Of a DNA stretch of 46,450 nucleotides, positions 19,232 to 29,690 are shown piece after piece. The number at the start of each line of letters is the position of its first letter. Position 1 is the first letter of the stretch. The notes below the pieces were generated by a model. It was not told where the DNA came from, did no database searches, and worked only from the letters and a program-made list of their open reading frames with translations. The position numbers and the translations under genes were made by a program. This DNA is from Candidatus Limnocylindrales bacterium (GTDB taxonomy: Bacteria; Moduliflexota; Moduliflexia; Moduliflexales; JAUQPW01), in the NCBI GenBank assembly GCA_035559535.1, contig DATMBG010000002.1, forward strand, positions 62,001 through 108,450, given 5' to 3'.

Positions 19232-20329
19232 ATGAATCGGGTTCATCAAATCCTTTTTTTAAATAGAAAGACCTTAGGGTTTTCCATAGGCCTGATAGCT
19301 ATTGTTTTTGGGGCTTTGGGAATGACGGCTCCTAAAAGCGATATGCCCAGGCATGAAGACATGGTAACGGCTGCCCAAAAATTCTTGGAAGCATTAGGTC
19401 CTGGACTGGGAGCCAGGGCTGTTTTCCCCTTTGAGAGCGAAGAGAGGTTCAAGTGGCATTTTGTTCCCAATGAAATGTTTAAAAGAAGTGGTGTAAGTAT
19501 CAAGGAAATGACCTATGATCAGCGAAAGGCCGCCCATGCCTTACTTCGGAGTGCTCTTAGTTCCCAGGGATACCTTAAAGCCACCAGTATTATGCAATTG
19601 GAAGCCGTTCTCCGAGAGATTGAAGATAGAGCGGGAACTCGAAGATTCGATCGGGATCCCGAGCTTTACTGGTTTAGGATCTTCGGAACCCCTTCCAATG
19701 ATTCACCCTGGGGATGGAGCGTGAGCGGGCATCACCTTTCCCTTAATTTTTCTTCGGTTACCAACGAACTGACGGCGACCACCCCCCTGTTTACAGGTTC
19801 AAATCCGGCCCATGTTCTGGAGGGTCCCTATACAGGATTACGTATCCTGGCAGCAGAAGAAGATCTTGCCCGTGCACTTCTTGCCAGTTTAGATGAAAGT
19901 CAGCGTGCCAAAGCCATTCTTTCTCCAACTGCCCCCAAAGATATTCTTACAGAAAATGCCCGAAGACTCAATCTGGAAGCACCAACAGGACTCCCCGTCT
20001 CTGAGATGAATGAAAATCAGCGGAGTCTGCTCATGCGCCTGATCGCGGAATATATTCAAAACCTGCGGCGGGACCTGGCCCATGCTAAGCTTGAGAAGAT
20101 CAAAAAGGCAGGAATTGAGAAAATTTATTTTGCCTGGGCCGGGAGTACGGAACCGGGTAAAGAACATTATTATCGTGTCCAGGGGCCGAACTTACTGATC
20201 GAATACGATAATACCCAAAATAATGCCAACCACATCCATGCCGTTTTAAGGGACCCTGAAGATGACTTCGGAGAGGATCTACTTCGCAAGCACTATGCAG
20301 AAAGCGAACATCATAAGAAAAATCAATAA
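19232..20329 (+). CDS. DUF3500-family exported protein
   Basis: N-terminal hydrophobic segment. W.FVP, R.GV, FGTP....WGW...GHHLSLN, P.F.GSNP, FAWAG, HYYRVQGP, IEYDNTQNNANHIH...RD...DFG. Confidence 0.88.
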   Translation: MNRVHQILFLNRKTLGFSIGLIAIVFGALGMTAPKSDMPRHEDMVTAAQKFLEALGPGLGARAVFPFESEERFKWHFVPNEMFKRSGVSIKEMTYDQRKAAHALLRSALSSQGYLKATSIMQLEAVLREIEDRAGTRRFDRDPELYWFRIFGTPSNDSPWGWSVSGHHLSLNFSSVTNELTATTPLFTGSNPAHVLEGPYTGLRILAAEEDLARALLASLDESQRAKAILSPTAPKDILTENARRLNLEAPTGLPVSEMNENQRSLLMRLIAEYIQNLRRDLAHAKLEKIKKAGIEKIYFAWAGSTEPGKEHYYRVQGPNLLIEYDNTQNNANHIHAVLRDPEDDFGEDLLRKHYAESEHHKKNQ

Positions 20330-20337
20330 CCATACTA

Positions 20338-20438
20338 GTTTGGGGACACGGGGACTTCGGGACGCGGAGACTGGGAGACACGGGGACCTTGGAAGATAGA
20401 GATATTTCCCCGTGTCCCGAAGTCCCCGTGTCTCAAAC
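20338..20438. repeat. ~32-bp imperfect inverted repeat built of GGGACACG-type units
   Basis: GTTTGGGGACACGGGGACTTCGGGACGCGGAGA versus TCCCCGTGTCCCGAAGTCCCCGTGTCTCAAAC, between convergent genes. Confidence 0.85.
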
Positions 20439-20467
20439 CGGGTCCAGTTCGTGGATAAATAAAATCC

Positions 20468-22315
20468 TTACTCCAGGTAAATCCGATAAGGCCACCATGC
20501 AAAGAAATGCTCGTTTTCCAGGGCGGCCAGTTCTTCAAGCTCCTGTTGAAGTTCCAAAATACTATCGGGCAGTTTTGTATTTATACGGGTTTCCCTCAAT
20601 CTCTTAAGTAAAATCTGGAACGGATTTTCTATTTTAGGATAGGCTACCAGCGTAATATCCTTTTCCTTAGGAATACCTATTTTCTCCTTTAAAATTTCAA
20701 TGGCCGTCTCTATACCGCCTAATCGGTCTATCAGTCCCAACTCTACCGCACGCTTTCCCGTCCAGATCCGACCCTGTGCCACAGCATCCACTACTTCCAA
20801 CGGCATCCTTCTTCCCTGGGAGACTTTGCTGATAAACTCATCATAACCGGCCTGAACATTGTGCCGAAATCTTTCCCGTTCTTCCTCTGTAAAGGTACGA
20901 ACCGAGGTAAACATGCCTGCGTTTTTACCTCGCTGGAGGGTCTCGATATTCAACCCGATCAGATCGTATAGCCCTTTCGTGCTGAACTTTCCACCAAAAA
21001 TTCCAATAGAACCGGTAATGGTTAAAGGATAAGCTACAATACAATCGGCGGGAACCGAAATATAGTAGGCACCGGAAGCTGCTACATCCGCCATAGAGAC
21101 AACGACCGGCTTTTTTTGTCGGGCTTCTTGAATACTGTTCCAGATAATATCCGAGGCCTGAGAACTTCCACCGCTGCTATCCACCCGGAGAAGAATACCC
21201 TTGATCTTTTTATCTTCAACAAGGTTTTTAATTAGTTTAACCAGGGTGTCTGAACCGATCTGATTAGAGCCTCCCAGAGCATTTACACTTCTTCCAGATA
21301 CAATAATTCCCTGGGCATAAATAATGGCTACTTTTTCCCCTTCTTCATGCAATCCCGGAGCTTTAACAGAAACACGGGCATATTGGGTATTGTTCAGTTT
21401 ATTTAAAGGGGTTTTCTTTTCGGTGATGCGCCATCGGGTCAGCCATTTCTCCCAAACAGTTTCTTCCTTCTCAACTTGAGAATCGGCTTCTTCGGGAAGC
21501 CCCAGTTCCCTTCTCAACTTTTCATCGAGTTGGCTCTCATAAACCAACTCGTTAACTATCCCTGCAAGCAGGGATTCATAGGCTGTGTAAAGGCCATTAT
21601 CGATCCATTCCTTTACCCGACTGATAGGAACCCCACGGGCCGCTGCTATTTGTTCAACATACCCATTGTAAAAATCGTCTAAAAGATCATTCATGACTTC
21701 CCGATGATCTTCAGACATGCTATCCCTTATAAAACTTTGGGGAGCCGTTTTGTATTTGCCGATGTAGACAAACTCAGGGGTAATACCTATTTTATCCAAC
21801 ATTTTTCTGTAAAAGGGAATCTCTACCCGTATACCACCTAAAAAGGTCTCTCCAGAAGGGGACAGATAAATTTTATCTGCGGGACTGACCAGGAAATACG
21901 ACCGCATCCCGATATCCTCTAAGTAAGCAAATACCTTTTTCCCGGATTCCTTGAACTTTATAAGGGCCTCTCGTATTTCCTGGGTGGTTGTAAACTTTGC
22001 ATGAAAGCGTTTGATATTCAAAAGAATCCCAATGATTCTTTTATCTATGGTTGCTTTTTTAAGGTTGTTTAAAATCCCTTGAAGAGTTTGAATATCTTCA
22101 CCGGCCAGCCTGGTAGTAAAGGGATCCATGGGAGGCATATCCAGAATACTCCCTTCCATATTTATAACCAATACCGTATCAGGTTTTACTTTGGGTTCGC
22201 GAAAGAATTCCCAGTATAAAACCCCGATAAAGACAAGGAACAGAATAAAAAAAAGAATTCTTAAGCCCATTAAAAAATTTTTAAGCAGATTCCATAGGAT
22301 CCTTATATAACCCAT
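20468..22315 (-). CDS. sppA: Signal peptide peptidase SppA, long two-domain type
   Basis: N-terminal TM segment. GKYKTA (Lys), LRVDSSGGS, SMADVAASGAYY (Ser), TITGSIGI, AQGRIWTG. Confidence 0.95.
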   Translation of the reverse strand: MGYIRILWNLLKNFLMGLRILFFILFLVFIGVLYWEFFREPKVKPDTVLVINMEGSILDMPPMDPFTTRLAGEDIQTLQGILNNLKKATIDKRIIGILLNIKRFHAKFTTTQEIREALIKFKESGKKVFAYLEDIGMRSYFLVSPADKIYLSPSGETFLGGIRVEIPFYRKMLDKIGITPEFVYIGKYKTAPQSFIRDSMSEDHREVMNDLLDDFYNGYVEQIAAARGVPISRVKEWIDNGLYTAYESLLAGIVNELVYESQLDEKLRRELGLPEEADSQVEKEETVWEKWLTRWRITEKKTPLNKLNNTQYARVSVKAPGLHEEGEKVAIIYAQGIIVSGRSVNALGGSNQIGSDTLVKLIKNLVEDKKIKGILLRVDSSGGSSQASDIIWNSIQEARQKKPVVVSMADVAASGAYYISVPADCIVAYPLTITGSIGIFGGKFSTKGLYDLIGLNIETLQRGKNAGMFTSVRTFTEEERERFRHNVQAGYDEFISKVSQGRRMPLEVVDAVAQGRIWTGKRAVELGLIDRLGGIETAIEILKEKIGIPKEKDITLVAYPKIENPFQILLKRLRETRINTKLPDSILELQQELEELAALENEHFFAWWPYRIYLE

Positions 22316-22607
22316 AACCTTGCTCCTCTTTGAAAGAAACAGTTTAAGGACTGTTAAATATTTCCCTGGTAACCTTTCAAATATGAGGTTATGTTAACTT
22401 TTTGTACAAGAAGTTTACAAGTATAAATGGAATCCGAGAGCAAAAGGAGGACAAAAGATCTTGACTCTTTGGCCAATTTATTACATAAAATGAGAAATAA
22501 CGGCTTTAACCGTCCTGAAATGTCAGGCTACCCAGGTTCGCAGGAAACGCCTTATAATCCTGGGAAGAGATAGGAACATCCCAAGATAGCTTGGAAAGGA
22601 GATTTCT

Positions 22608-24215
22608 ATGGGAAATTTAAAAGTTCCAGAAGGAATGCAGATAACGGGTAAGATTACCCCAGAATTTGAACAAATATTAACTTCCGAAGCCCTAAACTTT
22701 ATAACCAGCTTGGAACGGGAGTTTGGAGAACGTCGCCGGGCCCTTCTACAAAAGCGAGTTGAAAGGCAGGCCGAGATCGATGCCGGTCAGATGCCTGATT
22801 TTTTAGCTGCCACCGAAAATATTCGGAAGGGTTCCTGGAAGGTGGCCCCTATTCCAGCGGATTTACAGAAACGGTGGGTTGAAATTACGGGACCTACCGA
22901 TCGAAAAATGATGATCAATGCCTTTAACTGTGGTGCCGATATATTTATGGCAGACCTGGAGGACGCCAATTCACCGACCTGGCAAAACATGGTAGAGGGA
23001 CAAATCAACCTGCGGGATGCTGTTGAGAGGAAGCTGGAATTTACCAGCCCGGAAGGAAAAAGTTATAAACTCAACGAACAGATCGCAACCCTGTTGGTAC
23101 GTCCAAGGGGCTGGCATCTCCATGAAAAGCATGTTTTGATCGATGGTAAACCCATGTCCGGTTCACTCTTCGATTTTGGCCTCTACTTCTTCCATAATGC
23201 TCGAAAACTGGTAGAAAAAGGAACCGGACCTTACTTTTATCTCCCCAAGTTGGAAAGCCATCTGGAGGCCCGACTCTGGAATGATGTCTTTGAAATGGCT
23301 CAGGACACACTGGGTATTCCCCGGGGTACCATTAAAGCCACGGTACTTATTGAAACGATTCTGGCGGCTTTTGAAATGGATGAGATTCTCTATGAACTCC
23401 GGGATCACATCGCAGGACTCAATGCGGGACGTTGGGATTACCTGTTCAGCATCATTAAAAAGTTCCGGAACCGATCAGACCTTAATTTGCCGGATCGGGC
23501 TCAGATAACGATGACCGTACCATTTATGCGGGCCTATACAGAACTCCTTGTCAAAACCTGCCACCATCGCGGAGCCCACGCAATTGGAGGTATGGCTGCC
23601 TTCATTCCCAGCCGTAAAGATCCCAAGGTTAATGAAGTTGCTCTGGCCAAAGTTCGTGAGGATAAAGAGCGTGAATCCAGAGACGGTTTCGACGGTACCT
23701 GGATCGCACATCCCGATTTGGTTCCTGTGGCCCGGGAAGTGTTTGAAAAAGCTTTACAGGGTAAACCCCACCAGAAAGAGCGGCTAAGGGAAGAGGTCCA
23801 GGTCTCGGCAAAGGACCTGCGGACCTTTGTGGTACCTGGGGGTCAAATCACGGAAGGAGGGGTTCGTAATAATATTAGCGTTGCCTTACAGTATATTGAA
23901 TCCTGGCTCCGAGGTATCGGTGCGGTGGCTATCTTTAATTTGATGGAAGATGCAGCGACTGCAGAAATTTCCAGATCTCAATTATGGCAGTGGGTCCATA
24001 ATCCCCATGCTGTCCTCGATGATGGACGAAAGGTAACCGTTGACCTCTATCGCGCCTGGCTACCCGAGGAATTGGAGAAGATTAAATCCCTGTTCGGCGA
24101 AGCACGCTATCGTACAGGAAAATTCGACCTGGCTCGACAAATTCTGGATAAGCTGGTGCTGGAGAGAGATTTCATCCAGTTTTTAACTTTGCTTGCCTAC
24201 GATTACCTGGATTAG
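22608..24215 (+). CDS. aceB: Malate synthase A
   Basis: [66 protein letters not shown]. Confidence 0.97.
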   Translation: MGNLKVPEGMQITGKITPEFEQILTSEALNFITSLEREFGERRRALLQKRVERQAEIDAGQMPDFLAATENIRKGSWKVAPIPADLQKRWVEITGPTDRKMMINAFNCGADIFMADLEDANSPTWQNMVEGQINLRDAVERKLEFTSPEGKSYKLNEQIATLLVRPRGWHLHEKHVLIDGKPMSGSLFDFGLYFFHNARKLVEKGTGPYFYLPKLESHLEARLWNDVFEMAQDTLGIPRGTIKATVLIETILAAFEMDEILYELRDHIAGLNAGRWDYLFSIIKKFRNRSDLNLPDRAQITMTVPFMRAYTELLVKTCHHRGAHAIGGMAAFIPSRKDPKVNEVALAKVREDKERESRDGFDGTWIAHPDLVPVAREVFEKALQGKPHQKERLREEVQVSAKDLRTFVVPGGQITEGGVRNNISVALQYIESWLRGIGAVAIFNLMEDAATAEISRSQLWQWVHNPHAVLDDGRKVTVDLYRAWLPEELEKIKSLFGEARYRTGKFDLARQILDKLVLERDFIQFLTLLAYDYLD

Positions 24216-24256
24216 AAAAAGAAGGGGGAATCTATCCCCCCCTCTTTTCTTCTTTC
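24216..24256 (+). terminator. Rho-independent terminator after aceB
   Basis: AAAAGAAGGGGGA-ATCTA-TCCCCCCCTCTTTT followed by a T-rich tail. Confidence 0.7.
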
Positions 24257-24380
24257 TACTCCTGCTTTTCGATTTAAAGGTTAAGCAACTTTAAAAGTAC
24301 TTGAGTCTCCCATCTACAAGTGCCATGAAGACTTCACCTTGATACGATAAAGAAAGGAATCAGCAAGGAGAAACTTAACT

Positions 24381-27300
24381 TTAGCCGGCTTGAAGAAGGG
24401 CCTCGTGCATAGCTTCTGCCACGATTTCTTCTGGATGGGCATAGTGGTAATCGCGGAGCTGGTAGTAGTAAGAACGGACACGGGATAACTGGGGAATAAG
24501 GCTTTTACTGAGCTCTTGAACCCGATCTCTCAGAATGGCTATCTGCTCCATTTCCAATCTTATACCCATAAAATGAACGATATGCAACAGGGTCTTGACC
24601 TGCTCGGTTTCCAGAAACTTGTTCTCAAGGATCCTTAACTTGGCTTCTATAAGAAGCATCTGGTAAAGAAGGGCATTCTTCTCCTTGGAGGCTTTCATAG
24701 CTCCCAACTGGCCTAAAAGGGCCTGATACTCGAAAGCCCATTCGGGTAGGGTAGATTTCGTGATAACATTAACCTTGGAAAGCGTTCGACCGAAGAAGTC
24801 CAGGAGTTGACTGAATTTCGAATAGGCATTGTTTTTAAACCATATTTTAATGGTTACAGGACAGTTTTTCATTCTGCCGATCAGGGAATTAACTTTGTCT
24901 TGCTCTTCTCTTAACTCCTCGATGAGAGTTCCTAAATTCTCACTTTTACGCTTGAAAACTTTTTCAAGTTCCCGCGTGCCAGGGGAGTATGGTAGCATGA
25001 GCTCCAGATCTATAAGCCTCAAGTCAAGTAAATCTTGAGCCGTTTTTTCCAACTTTTTGAGCTTTTCATTTGCCTCCCGGTCTAAAATCAAGGCTCGGGT
25101 TTTAGAAAGTAAATTCTCCAACTTCTTTTCCTGTTCTTTTATTTCAATGGCAATCTTCCAACCCATTTGCTTGAGTTTTTCCCTGTCTGCTTCCAGGTCA
25201 TCCGGGCCATTATTACCTTTATCTACCGGTTTTTCTTCAAAGGCCGGCTTTTCTTCTTTTCCCTCTTCTACTTTATACCTCGCCACCCATCTTTTAGAAC
25301 TCCCAGGAGTGGTAACCCGGTCAATCATGCGTTCTAACTCTTCCGGATTTTCGCTGAACCCACTGAAAATAATGGTCTGAGCCTTTTCCTTCAGTTCAGA
25401 AATCGTCTCTGCCAGCTCTTTATCCTCCAGGGTTAATAATTCTAAAATTTCGGCATCTATCCCTTCTAAAGTTGCCTCTTCAAGGGTCAAGGTACTGTCT
25501 AAGTGAGCTATTCTCCAAAGTATTTTATGATACTCTAGAAGGATCCGGTAAGCTTCAAATAAATAGTTCAGTTTCGGGTCATTGTATTTTTTGAAACTCA
25601 TAAGTTCCGGCTTAAGAGCACGGAAGAGGGTAATGTCCCTCAAGTTATAGGCCGACATCGCAAAAACAATCCCGCTGATTAGAACGGTGATCGCATAGGA
25701 AAAATCTTTGGAATAGGCCAGATCGGAATTGGAAATTAACAGCTTAGAAAAAGGGCTAATGAGGGCAAAGGTCTCGTCTAAAATAGCTTTGGATTGTGGC
25801 TCAACGATTTTATCTCGAATAAAAGTTGCCTTAGCAAATAAATCCAAAAACCTCTCCCGATCATCTAATTCAGTCTTAACAGGTTTTACTGCAGGAGTTG
25901 GTAATTGGGTTTTTTGTAAAATACCGAGAAACAAAATAAAATCCTGGGCTGTAAAACCATCGCTTATAAAATGATGGGTTAAAACCTCCAGAATTTCTTC
26001 TAAAACTGCCTTCCGAATTTTTGAAGAACCGGGATCTAAAAAGGTTTCCAGTTTTTTATTCAAAATTTCTCTATATGCTGGCGGGCAACCCCTGTTCAGG
26101 AGAGCCATAAGGGATTTTTTAGCTTTGATTTTTTCAGAAGGTTCAGAAGAATTAGCCAGTTCACCGAGTCTGGTTTTAAGTGCCGTTTTGTACTCTTCGC
26201 TTTTACTGTATACACAAATTTCATGAAACAGAAGTTCAAATTGCTCTTCTTCCAGCCGGGTCGGAATAACGGCCATGGCTCCCTTTAAAAACTCCTGTTT
26301 AATTTCTCCATCTACATCCATGGGAGACTCAGGCTCTGGAAAATCTTCAGGATGATAAACTTTCCGCACTGTCTGTTCATCTGGAACGATCGGTATAAGA
26401 TCTTCTGATCTGGCCGCAGAGCAGAGGGTTTCAATCAGTAAACCCTCCCGACAGGTTTTGGGTTGAATCGTTTCTCCCTGCTGATGAGTTTCAGGAAACC
26501 CGTACCCGGTAATTGGAGAAGGAAGAGCGGTCAAAACCGGGAGTTTCTTCCCATCAGGCCCATTTGACAGGATGTTAACTTCCGCAAAGTCTTTTTCCCC
26601 CATCCGGGTTGTCTCCTGGGTTAATTCAGGAAAAGTTTTATTCAAAGATAATCCGATACCGGAGGGGATCAAAATCTCTACTCTGGGAGCAAGATTTTTT
26701 AACCAGGTCGCATCGACTTCTGGACAATTCAGGCAGATAAAACCATTGGCCGGAAATCCTCCTGGATCGGAAGATCTTAAGTGAGAAGATCGGGCTTGAA
26801 GACTTCGTAAAGCCAGAAAGCCTATGATCACACCCAGGTCGTAACAGATGAAGACCTTTCGTCCCTTCGGGATGAGTTTGTAGAGGAGACGTAAATTTTC
26901 CAATTTTAATAGAAGAACTTCCAGCCATTGAGAATATCCTTCGGTAGGAAACGCTCCAAAGGGGTATGCCGTCGTCTTAAGGGGCAGGGTTCTCCAACCG
27001 GGTACCTGGTACAAAGGAACAGATTGAAAACCCAAACCGGGTATTACAATAAGTAGATCTTCAACACCCTCTCGGGCTAATTGATAAATCCGCTGTTGAG
27101 TCAGTAGGGCATCGGTAACCTGGCGCATAACGGAACCAATACCGGGTTTTCTGCCCATATATAAACTGTCTTGATCGTTTTCCTCCTCAGGTTTCAGGTC
27201 TGCTCTGACGAAATATCGATCATGACCCTTTTCAACCTCTACCAGATTCCAGACTTGCTGAGAGGCTGTTTTATTACCCAAATCGGGAATGAGAAATTGC

Positions 27301-29351
27301 CTGATCTCATGGAGATTCTGACTCGTAGAGAGGATATGAACTTCCAGGGGAACTAAATTTTGGTTGATCAATTCCTGGGCTGAAGAGAAGTTTTGGGTAA
27401 TGGTAACAGGACCTAAATATCGAACAATTGTCTCTTCACCCAGCCGAAGCTCCAGATATCTTATATTTTCTGTTAAGTTTTTTGCAGAAATGGCGAATCG
27501 CTCAATCTCTCGATAATAATTCGCTACCATTTTATCTATCCCGTTCAGTCTTTTATAGAAGTGGATAAGCTCCTTAACGGTTATAAAAGGCACATCGAAC
27601 TTATGCACGGGAACTAACTTCAAGAGGTCATAGTTTAAGCTTTCCCTGATGGCTTGTTCTAAATGAAGGGGATAGCGGGAATGTTGAGTATTGGACCTTT
27701 TACCTTTCAAACCCTGCCGGTGAACAAATTTGCTTCCCAATAATTCCTCGAGCTCCTGATCGTTGAAAACCCAATCTAATTCTATATGGAATATCTCTCT
27801 CAAGCCTTTACAAACCTGTCGGGGAGTAACCATCAAGTCGGTTCTTTCTGCTGCCTGGATAACGGTTTGATAAAGCAGTTCATCCTCCACCAATTCGATA
27901 AGTCGAGGCCTGATCTCTGCAAGAATTGCCAGTAATGCCGTCCGACCTCTGATAATTTCTTCGCTGACACCATTCGCAGTAGCATGGGCATACCGGTAAT
28001 ACCATCTTTTAAACCCTTGATTATGTTTGTGTTTCCTGCCGTTTGAACCAGAATGATGAAGAATTTCATTTAGCAGCCAAAGCTCCCGATTGGACAGGCG
28101 TTCTAAATCTCCTTCTCTCAGTTTTTCTAATAGAATCTCCAGTTCTGGCCGTTCTTCCTCTTCTTCGCCCAAGAACAGTAAAAACAGGTCTCCTATTTTT
28201 CCCTTGAGCATCTTTACAGTGTCCCTTGCCAGAAGGATTCGATCTTCTACAATTTCCGGATCAAACAAATCCTCATAGACGATCATAAATTTATCTGCAA
28301 AGTTAAGGGAGGATCTGGGATCCTTTTTCGTTTCTGTTCCGTATATTTTTATAAAATCCCCACAGGCTTCGTGAAAAGTTACAGAAAATCTACCTTTTTG
28401 GCTCTCCTTGATCTTTTTATATCTTTGAAGGCGCTCCAGGGTGGGTGCAAGGTTTAGGTCGGCAGAAAGTTTTAAGTTATGCTGGTAAAAGAAATTTAAA
28501 TAATCCAGTATTTCTCCCAACTGCTCACCGGATACTATCAGATCAGACATCCGATGGACCACATCCATTAAATTTTGATCTATGGCCGAAGATGGATCCA
28601 ACTCGTAAAAAACCGTGATATCATCTGTATCCCAATGGTTTTTCTTGATTTGAACCAGGAAATGGGTCAGCAGGGATAATTTGAGTTCCCACAAACCCTG
28701 GTTGAGGGTCTGCAGAATATGGGTTTTGGAGTGTTGGGTGCCGGTCTGGAATTTAAGTTGAAGGGCAGGGTCTTTTAAAATTCGTTCCAATATTTGATAT
28801 TCTTCACCTAAGATCTCCTTACCCTCTGAATTTTTGCGCTTTAGAATCTTGCCGTAAGCCTCTAAAATTTTAACGGGATCTGCGAAAATGCAGAGATACT
28901 CCGCCAGATAGTCTAACAAAATTCGTGCTACACCCTCATCATAGCGCTCCGTGATGGGTCTACCCAGTTGATGACGCAGGAGTGCCACATAATCCTGGAT
29001 TGCCAAGATGATTTCTAGAGGAAATCGTGCATTAAAAAGAACTTTACCCTCCTTTTTGATATCTTCCAGCATCGAGATGATTTGACATTGGGCATGGTCT
29101 AACCTTTCCAGGATACGATTCAGCACTCCTCTCCATTTAAAGTACTCTTGCCAGGCTTTAGAATCTTTTTTGATGTGCACCACCAATTTAGTGGTATCAT
29201 AATTCCATACTTCACAGGCCTGAACATTTTGCTCGACCATTGCCTGAAGCGAGGACAATCCTTTTATAAAAAAATCAGGAGAGTCTAAAGGATACTCCCT
29301 CTGGATAAAACACTTTTCCCTGGGCAATTGTAAAAAATCACTTGAATCCAT
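24381..29351 (-). CDS. Very large hypothetical protein (1656 aa): helical N- and C-terminal regions, central alpha/beta-hydrolase-like segment
   Basis: Uninterrupted 4971-bp ORF. Leu/Glu/Lys-rich, coiled-coil-like C-terminus. LIVIPGLG...VFICYDLGVII...GFICLNCP at about aa 765-880. Confidence 0.85.
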   Translation of the reverse strand: MDSSDFLQLPREKCFIQREYPLDSPDFFIKGLSSLQAMVEQNVQACEVWNYDTTKLVVHIKKDSKAWQEYFKWRGVLNRILERLDHAQCQIISMLEDIKKEGKVLFNARFPLEIILAIQDYVALLRHQLGRPITERYDEGVARILLDYLAEYLCIFADPVKILEAYGKILKRKNSEGKEILGEEYQILERILKDPALQLKFQTGTQHSKTHILQTLNQGLWELKLSLLTHFLVQIKKNHWDTDDITVFYELDPSSAIDQNLMDVVHRMSDLIVSGEQLGEILDYLNFFYQHNLKLSADLNLAPTLERLQRYKKIKESQKGRFSVTFHEACGDFIKIYGTETKKDPRSSLNFADKFMIVYEDLFDPEIVEDRILLARDTVKMLKGKIGDLFLLFLGEEEEERPELEILLEKLREGDLERLSNRELWLLNEILHHSGSNGRKHKHNQGFKRWYYRYAHATANGVSEEIIRGRTALLAILAEIRPRLIELVEDELLYQTVIQAAERTDLMVTPRQVCKGLREIFHIELDWVFNDQELEELLGSKFVHRQGLKGKRSNTQHSRYPLHLEQAIRESLNYDLLKLVPVHKFDVPFITVKELIHFYKRLNGIDKMVANYYREIERFAISAKNLTENIRYLELRLGEETIVRYLGPVTITQNFSSAQELINQNLVPLEVHILSTSQNLHEIRQFLIPDLGNKTASQQVWNLVEVEKGHDRYFVRADLKPEEENDQDSLYMGRKPGIGSVMRQVTDALLTQQRIYQLAREGVEDLLIVIPGLGFQSVPLYQVPGWRTLPLKTTAYPFGAFPTEGYSQWLEVLLLKLENLRLLYKLIPKGRKVFICYDLGVIIGFLALRSLQARSSHLRSSDPGGFPANGFICLNCPEVDATWLKNLAPRVEILIPSGIGLSLNKTFPELTQETTRMGEKDFAEVNILSNGPDGKKLPVLTALPSPITGYGFPETHQQGETIQPKTCREGLLIETLCSAARSEDLIPIVPDEQTVRKVYHPEDFPEPESPMDVDGEIKQEFLKGAMAVIPTRLEEEQFELLFHEICVYSKSEEYKTALKTRLGELANSSEPSEKIKAKKSLMALLNRGCPPAYREILNKKLETFLDPGSSKIRKAVLEEILEVLTHHFISDGFTAQDFILFLGILQKTQLPTPAVKPVKTELDDRERFLDLFAKATFIRDKIVEPQSKAILDETFALISPFSKLLISNSDLAYSKDFSYAITVLISGIVFAMSAYNLRDITLFRALKPELMSFKKYNDPKLNYLFEAYRILLEYHKILWRIAHLDSTLTLEEATLEGIDAEILELLTLEDKELAETISELKEKAQTIIFSGFSENPEELERMIDRVTTPGSSKRWVARYKVEEGKEEKPAFEEKPVDKGNNGPDDLEADREKLKQMGWKIAIEIKEQEKKLENLLSKTRALILDREANEKLKKLEKTAQDLLDLRLIDLELMLPYSPGTRELEKVFKRKSENLGTLIEELREEQDKVNSLIGRMKNCPVTIKIWFKNNAYSKFSQLLDFFGRTLSKVNVITKSTLPEWAFEYQALLGQLGAMKASKEKNALLYQMLLIEAKLRILENKFLETEQVKTLLHIVHFMGIRLEMEQIAILRDRVQELSKSLIPQLSRVRSYYYQLRDYHYAHPEEIVAEAMHEALLQAG

Positions 29352-29611
29352 AAACCTATTTTATAAGGTCGAGAAAGGCATTTAAGGGGTGTCCTGGAGA
29401 TATCTTTCGGCAAGGTTAATTTAACCAGAAATACGACCCTAAAAGAACAACTTACAGGGAAAGTAATATTCCCTCTTTATTCCTGAGTCCCTTATATACC
29501 TTATGAGTATTAATGTAAAACGGTTATTAAAAAAAATCAAAGAAAGTGATATTTTTCTTATATTCTAGACAAATATTATAAGATAAATACGAGAGTTTTC
29601 TTTTTTATCCT

Positions 29612-29641
29612 TTGACAGGGTTTAAAGGGATTCATTATTAT
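29612..29641 (+). promoter_or_regulatory. Putative sigma70 promoter
   Basis: TTGACA-18 nt-TATTAT, 50 bp upstream of the ATG at 29691, in an AT-rich divergent region. Confidence 0.5.
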
Positions 29642-29690
29642 TTTTTGGTTTAATTTTTTATAACTGTAATTATCGTGTTAAAAATGAGTA

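Noticed and set aside
20100-20607. Short ORFs 20100-20381, 20335-20538 and 20389-20607
   Set aside because: They are translations of the inverted repeat or overlap DUF3500/sppA.
22608-24215. Malate synthase without isocitrate lyase as a novel pathway
   Set aside because: aceA may be elsewhere in the genome, and stand-alone aceB is common.
24381-29351. Cas effector, SMC/ATPase or polymerase identity for the giant ORF
   Set aside because: I found no RuvC, HNH, paired HEPN, Walker A/B or polymerase motifs by eye, and there is no adjacent array.
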